Origin: Cycas panzhihuaensis
Lineage: Eukaryota > Plantae > Cycadophyta
Length of the DNA: 64,000 bases
Assembly: GCA_023213395.1 (NCBI GenBank)
Contig: CM041465.1
Span: forward strand, 160,091,741-160,155,740
Direction: 5' to 3'
Shown here: positions 53,864 through 63,515 of the stretch, piece after piece
How the letters are laid out: every line of letters begins with the position of its first letter
How positions within the stretch are numbered: position 1 is the stretch's first letter
Program-made: the position numbers and the translations under genes
The notes under the pieces: model-generated
The model's input: the letters and a program-made list of their open reading frames with translations, nothing else
Databases searched by the model: none
Told to the model about the DNA's origin: nothing

Positions 53864-54279
53864 TTTACACGTTTTTCATGTGTTCCTCTGTAAAGAATAG
53901 CCTAGATTTGCTCCAACGTCTATAAATAAATAAATAAAAAGGAGAAAAACCCATTTCTATCTCTGCATTTGTTCATTCCAATAGCATTCTCTTATTCACA
54001 TCTTCCACTAACTTTGCTTTCATTCAACATGTTCTTCTTCTGTGGCACATTGTTTCAGTAGTTTCTCCATCGTTGCAGCGTCGTACGAGGAATTTAATTC
54101 CGCACCCATCATTTTATTTTATTTTTATTTTCTTTTCCTTTTTGTATATATAAATATATACTTATTTCCTTTAATAAGAGCGGCTCGTCTGACTCATTGT
54201 AGATTCAAACCGATTCTTTTTTATTAAGTTTTTTGTTGTTTTTTGGCTGTTTGTTAGGCGATTTCGCCCTATCTTATTT

Positions 54280-55375
54280 TATTTTTAATTTTATAAAGTT
54301 TTTCAAATTTAAACCATATTGCATAAAATTTGAGATCTGAGGTTTATTAAATACATAAGCCCCCTTGAGCTTCTGCCACTGGTCACTTATATTCTCCATG
54401 TGACCATCGTCTATCTAAAGGGGCTTTATCACTTTTACAAACTTTTATTTTTTTTATTTATTTTTTATTTTTTATTTTTACATAGGATTACTAGAGAATT
54501 TTTACCATAACTCCTCACTGAGACATCAGTTTCTTACGAAACTAGTTTCATTGGATCAAAAATTTTTTGTAGATCAATTTTCACTGGTCATATGACTAAT
54601 TTGGTACTGATTTGACCCTGTTTCAGTCGATTTAAAGTCAATTAATCATTTTTTCAGCCTTTTTTAACCTTTTTATAAAATCACTTTTTAAACTGATTGT
54701 ATTTTATTACTAGGAACCTATTTTGTACCCATATTTATTTTAAAGTGATCTACGTTTAACAAACTTCATTATCCATTTTTTATTTTATTTTTTAGAATTC
54801 ATTTTGACCACTATTTTAATCATCGAAAGTGGCACTTTAGTGGTTTTTAACCTTTTTCTTAACATTTTACCACAATAGTACTAGTTACTATTTCTACTAT
54901 AACTTTTTTGTTTGACATCCAAATTTAGTTCTGTCAGTTTTGTTGAGAATTTGACTTAATTCTCTTCAATCTAATATAGTTTTTGATATATTTTAATGTA
55001 TTTTTTTTACTGATTTTTAAATTGCTCAAAGTAGAGGTACTTTATTACTTTAGACCTACCATATTTACATTTTTTTATATATAATTTTTTAATTTTTTTT
55101 AATTAAGAATACATTGAGCAGTCCTATAATGATATTTGATTGTTTTACAGTATTTTCTAAGTATTTTATTGCCATTTTTATACAATTTTGAGCCCCCTAC
55201 TCTTGTTGTGGCTCAAAACAAGGCCTATACCTTTGATTTATCAAATCTTATAGGAACCCGTTTTCAAAATGTTTAGTTCCGTTGGATTCATATTTTATTT
55301 ATCTTCATACTCATAAAATTTCATATCATTCTAATATCATTTAGTATATTTTTAAAGCTATCAAACTTAAGGTTG
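54280..55375 (+). repeat. Shared internal scaffold, colinear with the reverse complement of 60710-61900
   Basis: For example ACTGGTCATATGACTAATTTGGTACTGATTTGACCCTGTTTCAGTCGATTTAAAGTC versus ACTGGTCATGTGACCTATTTGGAGCTGATTTGACCCATTTTCAGTCAGTTTAAAGTC. Colinear anchors continue through to TAGGAACC(C/T)GTTTTCAAAA. Confidence 0.9.
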
Positions 55376-55775
55376 TCCTCTAACCCTTTTTTTAAAAAAT
55401 TTCTTTATACTCCTTATCTTTCAAAGTAAAATATACATATATTTCAGTTTTTTCAACATTATATATTATCATCAAGGCTAAGGATTTATTGCATTTAGAA
55501 TTTATATTTATTCATTTGAAGAAAATCAAAAGGTTAAGGATTATCCCTTTTATCATTAAAGTTACATTTCAGATTTGTATTGCTAAAAAGATCTTTATTA
55601 CATGCAAATTTACTTATATATCCATCATTTCCTTATTGTGCCTAGTTGATTGACTTTCTAAAGAGCATTACATCTACTTCAAAATCTTTATTTGAAATCA
55701 TATATATTCATTATATTTATTAACCTTCTTGACTTAGTAAATGCATACTTTCATACTAAAGTTTTTCTTGATAAA

Positions 55776-56260
55776 ATGGCATAATTTTCCATTTTCAATA
55801 GCCATAACTTTTCACTATGGTATAACACTATGCACGACTATTTTATTGAACATGATCTTATAAAATATTTACAATGTGAATGTGATCTCAGTATTAAAAA
55901 AAAAATTAGAAAGAACAATAAAATTTTAGGATTATTCTTTTGTACTATTCATGATGATATATTTTCAAAGGTTTCTGAATTAACAACTTCTAAATTTGTT
56001 TGGGATACATTAATTTCTACTTATGGGGGAGATACTCTCCATGTATTTGATAATATTTTTGATGAGCATGTGAGATAGGTGACAGAACAAGTGGATGATG
56101 ATGACAAAACTAATGAAGATTCAGATCAAATGTAGGACCAACTTGCTACACAAGGATTTGATCCTCCATTTGAGCGGGAGAATGAAAATGAATCCTGTGA
56201 CATGATGGAGAATGAATATGATATGACAAAAAATAAATCTTATGATATGAAAGTTATTGA
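55776..56260 (+). pseudogene. Truncated Copia gag N-terminus with an acidic tail (element A)
   Basis: FNSHNFSLWYNTMHDYF...KNNKILGLFFCTIHDDIFSKVSELTTSKFVWDTL aligns with gag of element B (KDNKALALIFCALKDHVFQRVSELVKSKESWDTL). Confidence 0.85.
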
Positions 56261-56949
56261 TAGGAATGCTATTATTTTGAATTCAGGGGTTGAGGAGTTT
56301 CCCTCCTCCCCCAAATTATAAATATTGAGGGGTGTGCAACCCTGGTGTCTTTAGACACTACCCTCATTTAGGAAATTTGTAATGCTCACTTCTCACAATG
56401 GATTGAATACAATGCTTTCATGTGTTTATACTATCATGCTATATTGATCTATTGATGATTTATGATTTGTATTGATCTATTGAAGATTATTCTATGTTTT
56501 GCCCTATTCTTCTATAAATATATTTTTCCAACAAGTTTAAGAATATAAAATTTTAATTTTTTTTCAAAATTTTACATAAAAGTATTACATGTGACTACTT
56601 TTAGATTATAGATCTAAAAAAAATAGACATTATGGTATATTAACATATCTAAAATAGATTTTAAATTATCCAAAAATACCCCTAATACCTTGTAAACCAC
56701 ATGAGTAGGGATTGATAGGTTGAGAGCTTTGTCACAAACTCTATTTTTTTATCAAATATGACTTAATATATCCCTATCTTTGTAAAAGTTAAAAAATACA
56801 TTTATTAAAGTTTTTAATAAAATATTCTCTCAAAATATTCCCTCCAAGATCTTAAGTAGCACTTGACCTCCTCAAAAATTAAATTTTCCTCCAAAATTAG
56901 AGGCATTTCTTCAATAAATCACATTATTATTATCAATGATATCGTATGC

Positions 56950-57809
56950 TAAAGTCAATACATGTTATTACATATGAAAATGTTTAAGAACATTCCAAGG
57001 TTTAGGGCACAAGAGCATCTGATCTTATAGAGAAGTCAATGTGAAAGCCACAATTGCATGATTAAGAAAGAAAAGGTTAAGGGCAATTATTATTTTATGT
57101 GCACTAGTTATATATCTCTACCAATGGGATTAGAGTGCCCATAGTCCACCAATAGGATGCTAGTATTAATGACCATTTTTGCTTATATAAGTCTAAGCAA
57201 TTGTAAAAGTAACACTCATGCTATATTATTATCTTTTGAGAGTATACAAGAGTACATCTTATCTTTAGTGATCATTAAGCTTCCATGTGCACCTTTAATA
57301 TAATTTTGCTATTGAATCATTAATAGAGATCTATTGAGATTCTAGTTTCTTTAAAAATTATTCTTTTGTATGTAACCTCTAGTTCATATCATAGCAAGTG
57401 GTATTGGAGACAAGCTTGATAATGCTATGGAGTAGTTAGAAGCTAGAAAAGGGATTTTTTTCCCCCTTGGTGACTCTCATATCTTCTATCTTTTAGTTTT
57501 AATTTTTATTAAAGGGTAGACAACACTACTTGGTGGCTATCTTTTCCATTCCCTCCTATTGCCCCCTTAGTTCTTGGGTAGATCACTCTACATGGCAACT
57601 ACCTGCCATAGGTAAAGACCCTATCATAGGGGTCTTTAAACATCATGAAGGATATGTCATTCTTATCTAAGTGCATTGTGGCTTTTCTACCCTTACATGA
57701 AGGACTTTAGTTGACTCCATTGAATCAAGCCTTAGATATAACTTATATATGGAATTAAGCCTTAAATGATCTCTTTTAGGATTCTCCTTCCTTACTTAGA
57801 ATAGGTAAA
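56950..57809 (+). mobile_element. Remnant LTR, PBS and leader related to 28830-29800; interrupted by element B
   Basis: CATAGCA-AG-TGGTATTGGAG near 57390-57410; leader motifs shared with 29420-29555. Confidence 0.5.
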
Positions 57810-58164
57810 TGATGGATTTAGAGGAGCAAAGTAGGACTTTAGATCGAGTACATTTTGAGAAAATAGGTGATTTCTGATTATTGGTGGTGTTAAAAAACAC
57901 CAGGGAGGTATTCCCACCCTTTAAATAGAGTTTTTGGGGAGGCGACAAGTGCCATCACCCTACCTGCATGTTAGCTAATGTATAATTCAAAATATATTAA
58001 AAAAAATAACAATAATAAATAAAAGCACATACCTTAATAAAATGGTGTAAGCTCTTGGTGGCTATTAGGGGGCTCAAGGTGCCCTAGGGGCCCTCAAAGG
58101 TGGCTTTGAGGGGCCCTAGGTGCACAATTTTTTAATAACATTAGGATTATTCCTAATATTCTCC

Positions 58165-58570
58165 CCCATAAGCCCAATGTGTACGACTCCCAATTTGTCT
58201 CTAAACTTCTCAAATTTGATCTTTCCCAAAGCCTTTATAAAAATATCTGTTGCTTGATTTTCGGTGCTATAATAAGTTAACTCTATCTCATCTACTTGTA
58301 CAAGTTCTCGTATAAAGTGGTGTTGAGTCTCAATATAATTTCTTCTACCATGGAACATTAGATTTTTGGCCATTTGGATAGTGCTTTGATTGTCACACTA
58401 AATTCTAGTGGGACCTTGTTGTTTAATCTAAAAATCCTGTAAGAGTCTTCTTAGCCATATTGATTCATAAGCTCTTAAAACTGTAGCTCTATACTCTGCC
58501 TTAGTTGTGGATAAGGAAACAGTATTTTGCTTCTTTGTACTCCAAGCTACTATTATTGATTCCATACTGA
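58165..58570 (-). pseudogene. Copia RNase H C-terminal remnant
   Basis: WSTKKQNTVSLSTTKAEYRA..IWLRRLL..DNQSTI.MAKN.MFHGRRNYIET.HHFIRELV..QATDIFIKAL. Confidence 0.9.
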
Positions 58571-58812
58571 TGATTCTCAACTTGTCTCTATTGATTAGGA
58601 TTTCTTAGAGGATCTTCATGTTGTTGGGATCCTCCTTGCCTCTTTTGGTGAGTGGCTTGATATTGTAGAGAGTCTTATTTAGTTTCCTTTATAGGATTTC
58701 CATCTTTTCTCCTTGGAGGAGATTCCTTTTATCTTAAGGTTCCTGCTTGGGAGTTAGATTGAATGCAAGCCTTTGTAGCAAAGATATGTTCTAAAGATTT
58801 ATTTGTATTTTG

Positions 58813-59403
58813 CTACTCTTCTATAGACATAAGCATAGTACTAAGTTGTTCTACTTTGAGGGTACTTAGATCCTTTGATATACTAATACTAGTAGTTACC
58901 ATTTCATAATGTCGTACAACTCCTACACATCTAAGGATCCTCTCAACTACCCTTTGTTCGATTAGGATATCTCTAACTGACCTCATTTGGTTAACAATAT
59001 CTTGGACTTTGGCCATGAATTCAGTTATTGATTCATGAGGCATCATATGTAAATTTTTAAACTTACTTCTCAAGTTTTGTAGTTTAGAGGAGGTAACTCC
59101 TTCATATATTAGTTGTAAAGTGTCCCAAGATTCTTTGGACTTAACTAATTCACTAACTCTTTGAAACACATGATCTTTTAAAGCACAAAAAATAAGAGCT
59201 AAGGCTTTGTTATCCTTTTTGACATTTTCCTTGTCTATAATTTTTTTTGGATCATACAGATTTGGTCCTAATTCATTGTAATCAGTTCGCACAATGTCCC
59301 ACATGTTGTTAGGTATAAGGATGGTTCTCATCCTTCTACTCCAGTTTAGAAAATTATTTCCATCAAAATTTGGGATAATTATGTTCCCAAAACTAGACAT
59401 CAT
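58813..59403 (-). CDS. Copia gag (UBN2-type), 196-aa open frame, probably truncated
   Basis: FDGNNFLNWSRRMRTIL..MWDIV...KALALI...SWDTL...KLQNLRSKFKNLHMMPHESITEF..IVNQMRS...VVERILR...KDLSTLKVEQL...L.SIE. Confidence 0.85.
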   Translation of the reverse strand: MMSSFGNIIIPNFDGNNFLNWSRRMRTILIPNNMWDIVRTDYNELGPNLYDPKKIIDKENVKKDNKALALIFCALKDHVFQRVSELVKSKESWDTLQLIYEGVTSSKLQNLRSKFKNLHMMPHESITEFMAKVQDIVNQMRSVRDILIEQRVVERILRCVGVVRHYEMVTTSISISKDLSTLKVEQLSTMLMSIEE

Positions 59404-60709
59404 TTTGAACTAAAATTATGTTGATTAAATGTGACAAATAAGATTTTAAAAGTTAAATGTAAATATAAAACATATTTGAATTAAAATTTAAAAAAGGTTC
59501 CAATGTAAAAATTTACTTCCAAATATAACCCAAGGTTTTTTTCAAAGTTTTGAATAAGTAAACTAGGGCCTATTAAGGCTACTAGGCTCTAAGTTTAAGT
59601 TTCTCTTGGGGTAACCTTCAATTATTATCATGTTTAGTGGTGCCTTCCCACAGATGGTAGAACAGGGACCCAATATACTGGTACGTGAGCACTAGGCTCT
59701 ATATACCTCAATACGTGGGCTGCTATAAAGGTTTTTACATCCCCCTAAATTGTTGGTCCAGTTGTGCCAGACTTATACTTGGCAACAAATATAGCGATGA
59801 AGGTTCCTGAACTAAGGCACTCACCCTCTAGGTCTAGCCTTGGTCTCCAAACACCATAAAAGGAACATGTTCTACACCTCAATCTACCACCGAATACACC
59901 TGATAGCTAATAGTTGTCCTCATCCAATATGAGTAGGTCGATTAGCATGTGTGGGGTGGTAACTTTAGGGGTCCTAACCATTCCCCTTGCAAGGCTAGAA
60001 AAATAGTGTGGTTCAATTCAGGATTATCTTATTTAATGTAAAAAAATAGATTAATTAGCAATGTGGTCTTGCTTAGAAAAAAAAGGATTCCTTTTATATA
60101 ATAAAGAAAAACTTGAAAATAGAATAATAATCTCTAAGCAAGATGAAATAAATATTAAACTTTTTCAAAGAAATAAGACACTGAAATATTTTTTCAAAAA
60201 GAAAAAATGCAATGCTTCTTTAAATGAATGAAAAAAGCCTTTGAAAATTAAATAAACAAAATGTAACTTTTATAAGTGCAAGAAAGAAATGATATTTTTC
60301 AACAATGATGAATAAAAAATAAGAAAAAAACTTTCAATAAGTGAATGCCTTTTAAATAAATGACAAACTTATAGGATATAATTTCAGATAAACTTTGAAA
60401 TACAAGGAAATTTTAAATATAACTAAGATCCTCTTTAATTATGCAAGACTGAATTAAAACTTTGATGATGAAAAATAAAAAATTCTTAACCTTTCGATTT
60501 TTAAAATAAATAAATATAAACTTTTTAATGTAAGAAATCATTTGTCTTGAAGAAGATATATAATGCTGAAAACTGAAATATATATGTATATTTTACTTTT
60601 AGAAAAATAAAGAAGAAACTTCAAAAAAAAAAAATTATACCTATTTAAGTTGCAAGTCCAATTGACTTATCACTTGTTTTATGATCAATTTCTATTAGGA
60701 TATCCTGAA

Positions 60710-61900
60710 AGCTCAAGTTTAGTAGCTTCAAACTTGTACCAAATGATGTCAGAATAAAGTGAAATTATACCAATATGGAGATCAACAAAAGATTTATTTA
60801 ATGAAATTGATTGTTTTGAAAACAGGTTCCTACAAGTCAATATTTTAATGAATAAAATATACAGTCCTCTTTTTGAGGCCTAACGGGAGCCTAGGGCTCA
60901 AAATATTATAAAAATACTAGTAAAAATTTATAGAATACTGTAAAATAATCAATTATAGTTTGGAAGGTTACTCAATGTACTTTTTAATTGAAAACTTTGA
61001 GAAATAATATATAAAAAATGTGTAATTATGGTAGATTAGAGGCTATTAAGTACCTCAAATTTGATGGTTTTGAAAATCTAAAAAAATACTTCAAAACTTA
61101 TAAATAATAGTGTTAGTTTGAAAAGCAGTGAGTCATGTTCCCAACGAAACTGGCAAATTTGAATTCAGATGTAAAGCAAAAAAAGTTATAATGAAAATGG
61201 CAACAAGTACTTTTATGGTAAAATGTTTAAAAAGTGTTAAAGTGTCACTTTCATCAATTAAAATTATGATTAAAATAAATCTTAAAAAATAAAATGAATA
61301 GATAATAATAAAGTTTGTTGACAATAGATGGCTACAAAATAGATTTAGGTAGAAAATAATCACCCGGTAATAAAATATAATCTAATGAAAAATGGATGTT
61401 ATGAAAATAGTTTAAAATGGTTTTAAAAATAAATGACCGACTTTAAACTGACTGAAAATGGGTCAAATCAGCTCCAAATAGGTCACATGACCAGTCAAAA
61501 TTGCACCATAGAAAATTCTAGATGTAATGGGATAAGTTTTGGCAAAAATTGATGACTTAATCAAGAGTTATAGCTAAAAAAATCAAGTGCCTTATGTTAA
61601 AAAAAAATTAAAAATAAAAGGTAAAATGTTATATCCTTAAAATAACCCTCTTAGAATATCAACCTGAGGGTAGATTGGGTAGGGATTGAACCCAAGACCT
61701 ATCAAAAGATAAACCCCTCTAATGCCAAGAGGGTGAACTCACTCGTCAAGTTTAAAAAATAATAAACTTAAAAAATAAGGCCCCTTTTAGTAATGAGCTA
61801 AAAGACACGTGGAAGAGACACACACCCAGGGACTAAACGCCAAAAGCTTAGATCTCAAAAATTATTTAATTTAATTTAATTTTTAAAACTTTATAAAAAA
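60710..61900 (-). repeat. Shared internal scaffold of element B (homologous to 54280-55375)
   Basis: Colinear reverse-complement similarity to element A. Confidence 0.9.
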
Positions 61901-62198
61901 GTGTATATGGGTAAAAATTATCATCACGATCGTATAGATACAAATGAGGTACACTACAAATATAATTAAAATCGAAAAAGACTAAAGAAAAAAAATGGAA
62001 TCATCAATCTTAGTAGGCACACTTAAAAAATACATAGATATATACTATGGATGAAAAAATAAAAAAATAAAAAAAAAGGATTTGAGTGATTTCGCTCCTT
62101 CACCTTCATCGTTGGAATTCCTACAAGTAAAAGAGAATCGGGGAACATTAGACGAATGTGTGACAATAGTGCTAGTCCCAAACGATAAAACAGGGGGT

Positions 62199-62320
62199 AA
62201 GACTAATATTTATACAGATGGCTTAGACGACCGAGAGCATAGAACATATCTATGGTTCAATCCCACTGTTTACGTCTACACGTATTCTATATTCTTGAAT
62301 CTTTACCACATTGTGTAAGT
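62199..62320 (+). pseudogene. XTH: Captured xyloglucan endotransglucosylase/hydrolase (GH16) exon fragment ending in a GT|GTAAGT donor, antisense to element B
   Basis: KTNIYTDGLDDREHRTYLWFNPTVYVYTYSIFLNLYHIV, compared with QTNVY.NG..DREQR.YLWFDPT.DFHTYSILWN.HQIV. Similarity stops at GTAAGT (62315-62320). Confidence 0.9.
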
Positions 62321-62349
62321 TTATTAGCCTTTATTATTTGAGAGAAGCA

Positions 62350-62520
62350 ATGGTGATCGCTCAGTTGGGCAAGGGCGTTAGTTTCAGGTCATACGAGGGT
62401 CTTAGGCTAGTCCCAGTTAGCAGATCTTCCACTAAACCTTCCACCATTGGCTCAAGATGCTTTCCCTATACAAGTTTAGCGGTGAGGACAACAACCATAG
62501 TGGCTCCAAAATTCACATCA
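62350..62520 (+). pseudogene. CPN20: Captured chloroplast chaperonin 20 N-terminus (transit peptide), antisense to element B
   Basis: MVIAQL...FRSYEGLR......SLAVRTTTIVAPKFTS, compared with CPN20 MAATQL...SLDGLR...RLVVKAASVVAPKYTS. Preceded by 5'UTR-like GAGAGAAGCA. Confidence 0.75.
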
Positions 62521-62968
62521 AGAGCATCAAATAAAGGACTCAAGGGAGGGGAATGAGATTCCACTGATGGGAGAAACAACATGTAGGGGAGCAATGGGAT
62601 ACCACTAATGAGCATTAAACTTAGCCAATGAAAAGATTTTATAGGGTCAGAGAAAGAATGGGATGGCACAAGAGCAGCAAAACAAATAAATCTAGTCCAA
62701 GCCTCGATGCCCAAGTGACTAGAATGAGTGTTGATGATGCTGATAACAAGTAAGACAAGGTAGATACTTCAATCTTAGAGGATAGAAATGAAACCATGGA
62801 AATGATTACAAACTTTGATTAGACTAGTACACAAAGAAATGTTGAAAGATACTGTCAGAACTAAAACATATCAAAATGTGATTTATTAAAATACCTTCCT
62901 CTTTAAGGATAAAATTGTGCTCAATGTTGGAGCTTAAACAGCAATATTAGCTCTTTTTTGTGCAAAGG

Positions 62969-63135
62969 GATTACGTAAAGTTCTACGAAGCATTCTCGAA
63001 GAAAATTAAGTTAGGCATTCACGAGGACAACCAGAACATGGCTAAGTTAGCAGATTTGCTGAGATATTACTCTACCAAGAGTGGAGACTAGATGATAAGC
63101 TTGAAGGATTATGTGATGAAAGATGGAGATGGGGC
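62969..63135 (+). pseudogene. HSP90: Captured cytosolic HSP90 middle-domain fragment, antisense to element B
   Basis: [48 protein letters not shown], compared with [49 protein letters not shown]. Confidence 0.96.
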
Positions 63136-63339
63136 ATAACAACAAAGAACTCTCCCTTCTACCAATATTTAATTTATATGATGGTGGCTTTTATAATCAA
63201 ATGCTTTATATAAAAAAGTAAGCATAATAATGTGATATAATCTTATTAAAATAACTTGGATAATAGCATGCAGGGGGAGCAACAAGATTACAGGCCTATG
63301 GAAGCAAGGGATAACCCAAATCTATATGAGTATAGGCCT

Positions 63340-63515
63340 TTCAATAGGATCTATGTTTAGCCTGATCACACAAATACATCAAATAAACTATATTTTTAAA
63401 TATATTTATGAAAATACATCAAATAAATAAAATATATGTATATATTTGTATTTGAAAAAAAAAAACACGAAGAACCTGGTAAACTGTGACAGGTTTGCAG
63501 TGCTAACTTCTGAGT
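63340..63515 (-). repeat. Upstream shared scaffold block of element B (homologous to 51775-51970)
   Basis: AGCACTG(T/C)AAAC...TTTAC(T/C)AGGTTCTTC(A/G)TGT...AAATATATACATATATTTT...TTTGATGTATTTT occurs in both elements. Confidence 0.88.

Larger units (their letters stand above)
50644..56533 (+). mobile_element. Element A: non-autonomous Copia-derived LTR element (gag remnant only, TR-GAG-like) carrying a chain of host-gene fragments
   Basis: 267-bp LTRs at 50644-50910 and 56267-56533, about 15 mismatches by eye. PBS TGGTATCAAAGC at 50913-50924. Gag remnant from 55776. No pol. TSD weak (TATTT/AGTTT). Confidence 0.93.

Noticed and set aside
52060-54000. CRISPR-like repeat-spacer array or a genuine host gene cluster
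   Set aside because: No repeated unit separates the fragments. Each fragment is partial, lacks introns and promoter, and lies between paired LTRs.
54280-61900. Long inverted repeat as a hairpin-RNA locus or DNA-transposon TIRs
   Set aside because: It is explained by two related elements inserted in opposite orientation. The arms are substantially diverged and internal to separate LTR pairs.
62082-62714. ORFs 62082-62318, 62311-62556 and 62466-62714 as real genes
   Set aside because: They are chance frames crossing fragment junctions. Only sub-segments match XTH and CPN20, and the minus ORF is the antisense of those pieces.
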